Of a stretch of DNA of 64,000 nucleotides, positions 1 to 11,367 are shown one piece after another. Both the position numbers and the translations under genes were made by a program. Within the stretch, counting starts at the first letter, position 1, and each line of letters opens with the position of its first letter. The DNA is from Lama guanicoe (lineage: Eukaryota), in assembly GCA_013239625.1 (NCBI GenBank), contig MU053933.1, positions 994,001 to 1,058,000 of the forward strand, in the 5' to 3' direction. The notes below the pieces were generated by a model. The model worked only from the letters and a program-made list of their open reading frames with translations. It made no database searches and was not told where the DNA came from.

Positions 1-3000
1 TTCCGCCATTCCTCTTAATTCACCTTCAAAGCTCTTCTTCCTTTTACCAGACAGTGCTTTCCTTCTGCGAGGAGCCTGGGCCTCGTGGAGGTCAGAGGCC
101 GTTGCATAAACACAAGACACGCAGGGCCTCCCTCGCTTCCTGGCTGGAGGGGGACCGTCCAGGGCCCCCCCTTCCTTCCTTGTTTGTGGGACACGGGCCG
201 CCGTGCCAGGGACTCTGCCTCCAGCCTTTGTCCTGTGCCCTGGCCTGGCCCACAACCCACATGCTGGAGAGCTGGCCCCGGGGGCAACGTTCACCGTGGG
301 TCCTGCAAACAACCCAGAAAACGCGAGGCTGAGACCGGACCTTGCTTTTCCCCTTGTCACCCGGGAAGCGTGCTTCGTGCAGGTTCCTTACTGAGGTCCT
401 CGGAGGAAGCACTGAAACGCGGCCCCCTTCACGTGTCTGGAAACAGCTCTGGAAGCTCTGCAGCCCAGCCAGGCCCCACCTGCCCTTGGCGGCCTCTTGG
501 GAGAGCCGGGCGGGGCGGATGGAGAAGAGGGTGGATGGAGCTGCCTCCATGACCGTGACCGTGACCATGCTGTGCTGTTGTCTGGGGCCCTGTGCCCAAA
601 GCCGGCGTCCTTTTTAGGAAATCACCTAAAGGTTCTCGGCATCAGGGCAGCCGTGGCCTGTGGAGGCCCACAGAGCCCCTTCTAATGTCCCAGAGAGGAC
701 AGCGGCGTCCAGGTGACGCCACCTTTGCCAGTCAGCCTGCTCGGGGCCCGCACCTGGATGGGGAGAATAAAGCGGGGCCTCCAGTGCTGGGTGGGGCTGG
801 GGTGCCTCTGCTTTAGTTCGGGGATCTGCTCTGCGCCCAGTTAAAGCTTGAGGGGAATGCGTGGGCCGTGGCAGAGGAACCTGACAGCGTCTCAGCCGTC
901 GTCGCCCTGTCGGGGCAGGACCTGCGGGGAGGCCCAGTGTCGACGGCCTTCTCCCTCCGCCAGGGTGGGAGGGCCCGCGGGGCAGCTGGGGAATCTTCCC
1001 ACAGGCAGCCCGGCTCCAGCAAGGCCGGGGAGCCCGCGGCCCGGGGCTGCTGGTGCCTGACTCCACCGTGGCTCTGGCCGTCTCCCGGCCTCCCCCTGCG
1101 GTCTGTCTCTTTAATTCCCACCACGCATTGCTTTTCTCTCCCATCGATTAATGCATTTCTGCCACCTCATTACTCACTATCAATCTCCTTGGCAACCAGG
1201 CTCTTCGTGAACCTAATTGCCAGAAATTCTGAATCTCTGAGGTTCAGATTAGCGATACGGTACTATGTTGCCCAAAAGGTTTCATCTTCACATCACCCGC
1301 AATCAGTGGCCAAGGAGTCTGAAATACATTGATTAATCAAACATGAGGCCTCCACCAAAAGCCATGATCTGGAGGCAGCTGCTGAAAGAAAGAGCATCCT
1401 TGACTTATTGATGACGGAAAAGAGCAAACAGGGAAACAGCAGCATGATTCCAGTTTTGTCTTTTTAAAAATTAAGAACAGATCGACAGATAGATACTTAG
1501 AAAGCACGAGGGTGGGGAAAAATGCCTGGAATCAATATATATAATATTAAATGAGTTGTTTTCTGGGCCAGTAGGGTCACGGATACCTTTTTAAGTATCC
1601 TTTGAGATGCTCTGTATTAACTCCATTTTCTGCAAGGATCACAGGTTATTTTGTGTTCAGCAAAATGGTGTTTGAAATGTAATAAATGTAACCGTGGACC
1701 TTGACTGGCAGGATGCAGCTACCCTGCTCGGACTCTGCACTGCGTGCACAGTCTCTTCCCCAGATCTGTTCGCTTCTGGGTCCAAGTCTACGCCACATGC
1801 CAGGTCTCTGCCCCGGATGTGTTCAACTCGATGAAACTGTCTGCGCTTCACGTGTTCACAGCCCCTTCCCCAGCCCCTTCCTACCACTGATGTTGAGTGT
1901 ACCATTTGCTGACATCAGCGCCCCCAAGGCAGCCCTGCAGACACAGCCCCACCGGGGGCCCCCTCCTCTGCGGGGTAGCTTCCCGCAGTGAGACCGAGGC
2001 CAAGGAGCACCCTGGGAGGCTGTGTGCTGGTCTCAGTGCAAACCGTCAAGGGTCACGGTGATGTGTCTTTCCTTAGAAGAGGCCCGTGGGTTCATCCACC
2101 TCCTCACAGGGTCTGAGACGCCGAAACGTGCTGAGAGCACCGGCTCCAGAAGGAGGGCGTGGGCTCCTGGTGGGAGCCCGAAGTACAGCGGGCTAGCTGC
2201 CTGTGCTTCCCCGCCTCGCTGGTCCCAGGTCCTGGTGCAGAAGGGCCTCTCCCACAGCATCCCACGCACACAGACGCAGACCACCGGGACCAGATCTGAA
2301 CGCCAAATCCTCCAGATTCCTGCCATTTGGGCAGAAAGAAGCAGTGGTTTCCTGTAGCCTTGCCCCTGCTTGGCCCCTGACGCTGTAAACTTCAGAAAAC
2401 CCACGCAGGGAGGTTACGGTCCCTGCCAGGCTGCCCGGAGCCTGGCACCAGAAGCGTCTCCCCCGATGTGAGCTCCAGTCTTGAGAGTCCCTCCGGGTGG
2501 GCGGGGATTGGTGGGAACCAGTGGAAGTCATTGAGTTGCTTTGCTTTTAGAAACCATCCGCAGGTTATTTTTAGCCATATTCAGAGCCACGCTTGATGAA
2601 AAGGGGGAGTGAGTGGCATTGTGGGTAGTATCTTTTTGCATGAAAATTGAGGGGTGATTACAAAGTAACGAAACTAATCTTTTTTATTTCTTATGAACTG
2701 ACTCTGATTTAAAAGCCTTTCCAAAGCTTGCAGGATTGCTAGGCTAAATGTGCACCTGCGAGGGTGAACATCTTGAGTTGAATACTCGCTTGCAGGCATA
2801 AGCGTCAGTCCATCCTTTGATGAAAATAGTGTCCTGACTTAGGGGACCCCCCCGAAGCAGGACCCCGGGGATGAGACCAAGACCAGGGTCTCTCAGCCTG
2901 GTCTTAACCTGGTTTGTTCATTTCGCACCCATTTCAAGCGAACACTTCTCCTGGTGAACTGCTCTGCAGAGGACCTTAAAATGCAAAGCTTTTATCTTAA

Positions 3001-3479
3001 TGAAATTTTTTTAACTTAAAAGCTTATCTTAATGAAATTTTAATCCTTGCTGGGAAGGCTGTGGTTTTGCAACCACTGAGCCCTTCATTGCATTTTAATG
3101 CCCTGAGAACACGTACCCCCTTTTCCTTTCGGGGATAAAAGACTCTGTCCTGTGTCCTCAGCCGGTGCGCAGGGACATGGAGAGAAAGCAAGGCGTGGGT
3201 GCGGGAAGAGTGGAGATTCAGCTTCAGGGAATGGGAGGGGAAGGGGCTTCCCTCCTAAGGGGCCACACAGATGATCGCGATGCTTCTCTCTGGGCCACAG
3301 AACAGACCCGCCACGTGAGTCATCTGTGGTGGGCTGACTGAGGGTGAGACCCTGAGTATTTGCAGCCTGGAGGGAGTGGGAACCACTGCCCAGGCCAGCT
3401 TTCCCCCGGGGGACGTGGGAGCCCCCAGTTACCAGCCTCGCATATCCATGGTAACCCCGTTGTTTCTCTCTGTCACCAG

Positions 3480-3564
3480 TGGAAGGACTGAAAGTGGTGG
3501 AGATTGAGAAATGCAAGAGCGACATTAAAAAGATGAGGGAGGAGCTGGCAGCCAGAAGCAACAG
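3480..3564 (+). CDS. PDE9A: PDE9A coding exon (about human exon 8), 85 bp: (L)[27 protein letters not shown](R)
   Basis: Acceptor tgtcaccag and donor AG|gtaagg; translation matches the PDE9A pre-catalytic coiled region; starts in phase 1, upstream exons lie outside the window. Confidence 0.96.
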
Positions 3565-4205
3565 GTAAGGCCCGAACCGGATGAGCCCTGGGGCAGAGCT
3601 CCATGTGAACATACGGGGGTGGGAGGGGCTGCGTCTTCCCAGAAGCAAGGTTGAAGGTCTGACTCAGCTCTGGCTGGGGTGGCACCATCTGGGATTTGCT
3701 TTTCGGTTACACAGCTTTCTTATCATAAAGGAGCGTTTACGGCAGATGGAGGCCAAGAGGATGACGTCACAGGGCGGGGGAATGACCCTCCTGCAGATCA
3801 GTGTTAGGATTCACTTCTCTCCTTGAATGAAGTTGACACTGATTTCTTAGGAAAGAGGGCAAACAAAGCAGAACAGCCTTTGGCTTACAGGGGATGAGTG
3901 TCCGGGTGCTCCAGAGGCCCCGCTCCCATGGGGATGTGCCCACAGCACAGAGCAGCAGGTCAGGGGAACTGTGCCACGAGGTCAGCCATTCTGGACACAG
4001 AAACCCCTTGTCCTGCGGAACAAGGGTCCCTCCACATGTGCCCTGGGGAGCCAGCGTGAGGTGGGCCAGGTTTCCAAAATTCATGGAAAAAATGCCGCCT
4101 GCCTCAGAAGTGAGGTTTGGGCTACAGCCGGACCCTCTACCAAAGCTACAGCCAAAGCAGATGTTCAGGCTGAGGACAGAAACGCACAAAGTCAGCCAAG
4201 ATGAT

Positions 4206-4410
4206 GCTGGGCGCTGCACACGCATTGAGCACCTGCAGCGTGCGGGGCTGGACGCTGCACACGCATTGAGCACCTGCAGTGTGCGGGGCTGGACGCTGCA
4301 CACGCATTGAGCACCTGCAGCGTGCGGGGCTGGACACTGCACATGCATTGAGCACCTGCAGCGTGTGGGGCTGGACACTGCACACGCATTAAGCACCTGC
4401 AGTGTGCGGG
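4206..4410. repeat. 41-bp minisatellite, 5 copies (GCTGGACGCTGCACACGCATTGAGCACCTGCAGCGTGCGGG)
   Basis: Units start at 4206, 4247, 4288, 4329 and 4370 with few substitutions. Confidence 0.97.
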
Positions 4411-5359
4411 GCTCCATGCACCAGGACCCGCTCACACCTGTCTGCTCCCCTGGGCTTCTTCACGCCCATGGTTACCATCCAGGGGGCCACTAAGGATGCT
4501 GCGGTTACAGCCAGACCTCAGAGGATTTAATGGGACTACTGGACCTGAGAAGCCCTGTGCCAATGCACCAAATTGTCCTATGGAGAACATCTAACATCTT
4601 GAAGCTCATCCCCTATGTTTTAAAAATTGAGAGCAACCTGCTTCATGTGGAGTGTGGCCGAGTGGAAGGGCCTGCGGGGCCGGAGGCACAGGGATGCTGA
4701 TGGCGGCGACTTGGTCCCACCGGAGTACGGCAGGGCTGGCAGCCTCGCGGCAGGCCCGGGGAGTAGCCTCACGGGCTCAGAGCCACGTCTGTGTGTGTCT
4801 TACCGGGACGCTGCCGAGTTCACATCCCACATACTTGTCGGCTGATTTGGATTTCGTGATGTCTCAGTACATTCGATTTGGAGGAAGTTGGGTGAAGGAG
4901 TTTGTGACAACAGAAAATTGCGAGCGAATGATTCATCCCCACATCCCCATAGTGAGAGGCTGTTTGGGGTCAGGAGAGAGACCCTCATGTAACCCGGAGG
5001 AGCCCTGGAGTTGCCCGGCAACTGCAAGCTGCAAGGATGCTGGGGCCACCATGCCTCTGGTCACAGTGTCACCCTCGGGCTCAGCCCTCTAGCTGCCCTT
5101 GCGCCCCGGCTGCCACGTGCTGGACCTCCATCCTGTGGCCAGTCCTGATGCCCGGGGGAGAAAAGCCAGTCAGCCAAGCCCTACCTCAGTCCCTCTGCCA
5201 CCAGCCCCACACTGGCAGTCGCAGCCATGTGCCGTGTCCGCTGGGGCGAGAGGGTGGTGCCTGGTGGGCCGCGGTCCCCACAGGTCCCCCTCTGTGGGAT
5301 CGCCTCACCCACAGATGTGCTGTGTCCAGAGAGCCCACAAATCACTTACAGGAGGCAGT

Positions 5360-5437
5360 TTGGGGTTTGGTTTGGGGGGGTTGGTATAGTTGATTTACAG
5401 TATTATGTCAGTTTCAGGGGTACAACCTTGTGGTTCA
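5360..5437 (-). mobile_element. Very short 5'-truncated L1 3' tail
   Basis: tatagttgatttacagtattatgtcagtttcaggggtacaac resembles the L1 3' ends at 26190 and 49010; flanked by CAGGAGGCA.TTT direct repeats (5349, 5442). Confidence 0.6.
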
Positions 5438-5695
5438 AAAGCAGGAGGCATTTTGTAAGGCAGCCTCTCCTCCCTTCCCAAGTGACTAAATCCAGAGCAG
5501 CCAGGGGTAAGTCGCCAGCCCCCGCCTGGCTGGCCTGCCCTGTCGTGTCGCCGGCCCCCTCTGATGCGCACCCCCCACCCCTGTTCCGTGGGAGCCGGGC
5601 GGGGGCAGGGTGACATGCGCCCCTGGTGTGGTTTCCCGCATGCGCTGGCCCCGCAGGGCAGGTTGCAGGAAGAAAAACAAACTTCCGCCCAAGTG

Positions 5696-6260
5696 GTACT
5701 AGTTTCCTGTGGCGGCTGCAACAAAGCGCCGTGGTGGAGCGCGTGCCCAGCGTGCCCAGGCCCTGAGCTCAGTCCCCACCACCTCCATTAAACAAATAAC
5801 CCTAATTGCCTCCCCCGCCCCCCAGGTATAATACAGTGAAAAAGAAAGTCTTCAGGAAACAAAAGCACAGACTGGAGCGCTGACATGGTAGGGCTTTGCG
5901 GTTCAAAAGCAGGAGGCATGCCAGGGGTCTGACGCGGGCACCTGGGGGGCCCGGCTCCCGGGAGACTGTCCCAGGCGCTCTTCTAGCTCCTGGCGGTTCT
6001 CAGCGGCGCATGCCGGCCCTCGGCTCGGAGAGCGCCCCTCCAGTCTCCGCCCCCGTCTTCCCGGGGCCGTCTCTCTGTGTGTGTCTGTCTCTGTCGCGAT
6101 GTCCCCTTTTAAAAGGGCACCAGTCACATTGGGTCTGGGGCCACCCCCCTCCAGTATGGCCAGTCTGAACTCATTACACTTGTAACAACCCTGTCCCCAA
6201 GCGAGGTCACCGTCGCAGGTGCGTGGGGCCAGGACTTCAGCATGACTCTCGGGGGTCGCC
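5696..6260 (-). mobile_element. MaLR LTR relic (MLT1B/C-like) interrupted by a SINE
   Basis: tactagtttcctgtggcggctgcaacaaa start and aagggcaccagtcacattggg / aggacttcagcat motifs typical of MLT1. Confidence 0.65.
5730..5825 (+). mobile_element. Degenerate tRNA-derived SINE (Vic-1-like)
   Basis: agtccccaccacctccattaaacaaataaccctaattgcctcccc matches the other SINE copies in the window. Confidence 0.7.
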
Positions 6261-9184
6261 ACGCGCCACCTGGGGAAGAGCCGCCCAGCTTCAGAGCTCA
6301 TGGGAGGCGAGCTGTCACCTGTGGGTGTCCGTCGCGGGTGGAGCGGGCCGAGCTGAGCCTCGTCCCGGCGGCAGGGCCTCCTCCGTGCTCCCCCAGGAAG
6401 CACGTTTTTGGAGCTCACAGCGCGATAATCCGAGAGGAGCCTCCCCGGTGCCCTGACTGCTCCTGGAGGCAGCGTGTTCTCGGCAGGCAGTTTGCACAGC
6501 ATCCCATGTAGGTGAGAGACGGGTTATTGTGACTCTTCAGTCAAAACAGAATGGCGTGAGAGCTCACACACTGCGACGCAGCTGGGAAAAAGAAATCCAG
6601 TCTCAGGGCTCAGGTCTAACCCACAGCAGCCACCCTGGGCCCTGGCCCAGGGGCCCAGACAGCCGTGCCCTCTCCTTCACGGAGGAATGGATGCAGATGG
6701 AGGACAGGCCATTTGCACCGCCCCTTCTGTCTCTGTTGACGGCGGGGCTCTGCTTTAATCAGGTGGAGGGGCCGTGTAGCCATTCAGCCTCCTGGGACCA
6801 GGCTTGTTACCTGGGACCTCGCCTGGACTGCAGGGGCGGGGGCGGGGAGAAATCACACGTGACGACGTCAGCCCAGCTGCTCAGGGATCCTGCCTGGGGT
6901 GGGGGGGGGGCAGAGAGGGGATCAAAGGCACCAGGCTGGGGAGGAGGGGGACCCACTCAGGCGGCCAGGAAACCTTAAGTGCGGACCACCTTCGCCCACA
7001 CGAGCATGCCACAGCGGGTCCTCAGAGCTGGGGGTCCAAGTGGACCACAGCCACCTTGCCCTGGGGGAGTGGGGTCAGTGATCCGGTCGGGCGCAGACCC
7101 ACAGACACCCCCCGAACAGACTGCAGTCCCCTGAGACACATGCCCTGGGTCCCTCTTGGGTTTTCCGCCATGAACGAAGAAGGTGATTGCCCACATGTAG
7201 GGCAGGGCCGGGCCTTGCTGAGCACGTGCCTGCACGGAGTGGAGCTTGCTGGTTCACCCCGGCGGGGGCTGCAGAGCACAGGGCGGCATCTGAGGGTTCT
7301 GGGGTCTGTAAGCGCCACTTTCACCGCCAATAAACGGCCTTGACCACCGGACAGAGCCCCAGAGGAGGGGAGGCTGGGAGCACAGAAAACGAAAGCAAAA
7401 GCAAGCCCCAAATAGAATGAAAGGGAAAGGCACTGTCATCTGGGGGAGGCTGGTTCCCATGGCAACGGGGCGCAGAGGGAGCAGGCGGGGGGCGCCTGGC
7501 CGAGGTGGGGCGGCCCTGGCAGGAGGCACCAGGCCCCAGCAGACGCTCCCAGTGCTGGGATGTTCGAGGAAGCAGCTGGATTCCCACACCTCGCGTGTTG
7601 AAAGCTTACACAGCCCTCCGGGGAAGGCGCAGGACTTCCCTGGACAGCCCACGCGTGGGCGTGTGTGCAAAGAGGTTAAAAGCAGAAAAGGAATCATGAC
7701 GACACCGTGTTCTTAAGACCAAGTTCCCCTGCTCAGGAGTGTGTAAACGGGACTCCTCTCGCTTACAGGGGTGACCATGGAAATCGCTTGCTTGGTGCCT
7801 TTTCTTGGTTTTGTCACTCTTTCACTACGTCTGTCTTAAAAGACCCTCCACGCATGAAGCAAGTCTGATGATTTTTGCAAACATCGGCTCAAGAGAAGGA
7901 ATAACAGCATGCCAAGAAAGTAATACCAAATGCTCTTTTTGCAAAAAGGAAATAGACGTGTTGTTCCGAGTCTGTCAGGCCACGTAGCCTCCTTATAAAA
8001 CCTCCCGCCTCTGCTGACGGGGGCGTGAATCCGTGGTGACGCAGGGACCGCGATGCTCCCGGCGGGAATCCGGTCCTGAGCTTCCCAGGTGTGTTTCTAG
8101 GAACAGAGTCCCACCGAGTTTTGACAAACGGCTAAGAAATACTGTGTTGTAACCTCTTTTCATTTACAACGTTGTGAGCAATAAATAGATCAAAACGTCA
8201 CCGACCTGCAGCATCATACGTTTGTCCAGAAAGCCGTGGGGTCTGCACCTGCTTTCATCTTGTAGTCTTGTATCTTGGCAAATGGTTTTGCACAACCTTT
8301 TAGGACGTACTGTACACAAGGAAGAGTCTTCCCTTTCACCTGAAGTCCCCTCACCCCGCACAGCGCTCGTAACCGTCTCAGAGCCCACGTAACGGTCCAC
8401 CTCGCTGATGTGCCGTAATGGTCTCAGCTGTTTCCCATCTGGGGACACCCTGCTGGCTTTCTGGTTTGATTTCATGGTTTTGCAGCAACAGATAACGCAG
8501 AGATGAATACCTTCGCGCTGTTGGCTTGCATCTAATTCTTTTCTTAAGGTAAATTTCCCAGAGGAGACATGCAGCTTAAAGGACGCTATGATATGGTATT
8601 AAACTGCTCTTCCGGAAGATGGAGCTGTATTTACAAACCGCATGAGCTTCTGTGCTGGTCCCACCCCCAGCCTGGGGAATCTCACACAAAGTGGGTGTGG
8701 ACCTACCCCCCTTCCCTGCTGTCCTCCCTGTTCAGGGGAGGATGGAGAACACCTTCAGTTAAGGTGCCCAGGTGGAGTGCCAGGTCTGGGGCAGCCCCCA
8801 CCTGCAGCCTCGTGCTATGACCCACAGGCCAGCACACTCACCCCTGACATTGGGAAGGGGCTCCCCCTAAAACCACTGGGTTCTTTTTGTTCTGTTCTTG
8901 TGGGGGATGCCTTGATGTTAAGTAACGAAGAGCAGTCAGGTAGCAGGTTCGTCTCTCAACATGTGTAGTGCAGACCGCTGGGGACACCCTGCAAGTCCAT
9001 CGCGGGAGGCGGGGTGGGTGACGTGCGGCCCACCCCTCCCGGGGCCCAGAGGAGGACTTGCTCTTTCGTGAGGTTGAGCTCTTTGAGGCAGAAGCAATGA
9101 GTTGGTGGCATGTTCAGTAGGAAAAAACAAATTGCCAAAGAGCAAGTTTGGTGCAGTTCCATCCTTGTTTGAAGTACCAGGAGC

Positions 9185-9304
9185 GGGGGAGGGAGAGCTC
9201 AGTGGCAGAGCGCGTGCCTAGCGTGCGCGAGGTCCTGGGTTCCATCCCCAGGGCCTCCGTTTGAAATACATAGATAAACCTAATTACTTCCCCCCGCAAC
9301 AAAA
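9185..9304 (+). mobile_element. tRNA-derived SINE (camelid Vic-1-like)
   Basis: GGGGAGGG..AGCTCAGTGGCAGAG A-box, GGTTCCATCCC B-box, AAACCTAATTACTTCCCCC tail. Confidence 0.85.
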
Positions 9305-9771
9305 GCCCCAGAGGCTGCCCGCGTGCGCCTATGCCGAGCACAATTCTAGGAGACTCCAAAACTTAACAGAAGGCACTTCCAGGTGTGAGACTCAGAGGAA
9401 GGAGGTGGGTGAGATGGGGATGACTTTTTTTATTTCTTTTCTTTTTAATTTTTTTTAGAATAACTGTTTTGCTTGCATCACTGAAAAGAGTTTTTGGAGC
9501 TTCTCTGAGATGAAGGTGGTGGGTTTCCCAAGGCCTCAGTGTCACCTCGGGTGGTGCAGGCGGAGCGCTCCCGGTTTGGCCACGCGGCATCCTTGGCTTT
9601 ATGACTTATTCTTCCGTAACAAACGAGGCCAGAGGGGCTCGTGGGGTTTGGGTTGGGTTGGACTTTGGGGTTTTTTGTTCTTGTTGCGATGAGAGCCCCA
9701 CAGGCCGCCGCCCGTGTGAACACCAGGGCCGACGCAGTGGTGCCAGAACTGATCTTGGCTCTTCTCTGCAG

Positions 9772-9853
9772 GACCAGCTGTCCCTGTAAGTACAGTTTCT
9801 TGGATAATACTAAGAAGTTGACGCCTCGACGTGATGTCCCCGCATATCCCAAG
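9772..9853 (+). CDS. PDE9A: PDE9A coding exon (about exon 9), 82 bp: [27 protein letters not shown]
   Basis: cttctctgcag acceptor and AAG|gtaaga donor; peptide matches PDE9A; in frame with the previous exon. Confidence 0.97.
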
Positions 9854-11292
9854 GTAAGATGAGGTCCTGCCTCTGAAGAAATGGGGCTGTGTCCACAGCC
9901 CCAGGGCGCAGGTCCCCACCCTCAGTCACCCTGGCCTCCTGGCCGCCGACTGTCTGCACATTTGCAAAACCAGCTCCCTCCAGGGCCCTGGGCTGTGGGA
10001 CCCTCCTATAATTCTTAGGTGGAATGTATTTTCTCGGTGACATTTGTGTAGCAAGAGTGGCCCCAGGCCAGAGCTGACTGTGCCAAGAGATAAGGCCCCT
10101 CGCTGGTGTCCACCCGGCCCCCCACCGCCCCCTTGGCCAATGGTTTATACACTCAAATGTTACTTTAAAGAACTTTCACTTTTAACTCATTTATTTAAAA
10201 TCTGCTTCATTGCATCTCCCGGCCCTGAACAGTATGGAGCTATAGAAGTTTTGCTTTATTGTCACAAAGAATTTCTCAGTTACAGGGGACCCCGGGCCCT
10301 TGTTAAAGCAGCGGTGCCCTGGGAACTGAGGGAGGGGTCTTCAAACAATTACAAAAGGAGGGTCTGGTGCTGGTGGTCACCCCGTCACCAATGCCTTCAG
10401 CCGGTGACTGAGAGGAACCCAGCCCCACTGATTGACGCGCCCTCGTGCTCAGATTTGGGCTTTGCAGCAGCCGGGACCCTGCAGACGGGGGCCTGGCCGT
10501 GCACAAGGCAGATCCCCCTGCTGTCCCTGCAGCAGCAAAGCCCCCCAGAGTCTTTTCCCATATGAGCACGTGGCCCACGTCTCAGGACCCTGTCCTGTCC
10601 CGGGGTCCCAAGGCCCAGCCTGGGGCCAAAAAAAGGATGCCCAACCTCCACTGCAGATCCCTTTTTAAAACACAAACAGAAGGACCTCAGAGACAAATAT
10701 ATCTAATTCTCAAACACTGTGACTGTCTTCTGTCTAAAATCTGCTCTTTCTTATAACAGTGTGACCTGAAATCTGACCTTCCCCAGCTCCAGCCCCCTCA
10801 GTGAACTGCAGTCAGAGCCCATAGCTAAGCCAGTGACGGGCTCCCCCCGCCAAAAAGCCGTCACAATAGCTTCCTGGCCAGTATTTGAATTTATGCCAAG
10901 TAAAAAAACATTCCCCTTGACTCCACTTCACTGCACGTCTGTCAGTCAGGTTTATCAAGGTGTCATTAGCATGCAGTAAAGGCCACCTTCCGTGGGTGCC
11001 CTGTGCTGTGAAGTGCGACAGACACACAGCCACGTAGCCTCCCCCACAATCAGCTGTAAATGTTCTTTCTGTCTCCCCAGAAGTCCCCTCGTCCCCAGGG
11101 TGGTCATTCCCGGAGACCTTGCCCTGCCCCCGGCCACCACGGGTGGGAGGTCTGTCCCCACAGTTTCATCCTCTCCAGAATCCTCGTGGGATGTAGCCTT
11201 TGGGTCCATGCGCAGGTGTCCTGGGTGGGGGTGGGGAAGGCACCCGTGCCTTTGTCTCAGGGCCGGCTGACGCCGCTCCCCGTCCTCCCCAG

Positions 11293-11367
11293 TACCTGCT
11301 CTCCCCCGAGACCATAGAAGCCCTGCGGAAACCCACCTTCGACGTCTGGCTCTGGGAGCCCAACGAG
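11293..11367 (+). CDS. PDE9A: PDE9A coding exon (about exon 10), 75 bp: [25 protein letters not shown]
   Basis: cctccccag acceptor and GAG|gtgagt donor; start of the PDE catalytic domain. Confidence 0.98.

Noticed and set aside
2985..3043. Short duplication AAAGCTT(TT)ATCTTAATGAAATTTT, plus a similar duplication of about 38 bp at 56560-56635
   Set aside because: Ordinary local slippage with no sign of function
4206..4410. Regularly spaced repeats suggesting a CRISPR array
   Set aside because: Units are contiguous with no unique spacers, the context is a mammalian intron and there are no cas genes; it is a minisatellite
9185..9260. tRNA-like sequences (also at 43306, 44032, 50465, 55432)
   Set aside because: Degenerate stems, a shared non-tRNA tail and TSDs identify them as SINEs, not tRNA genes
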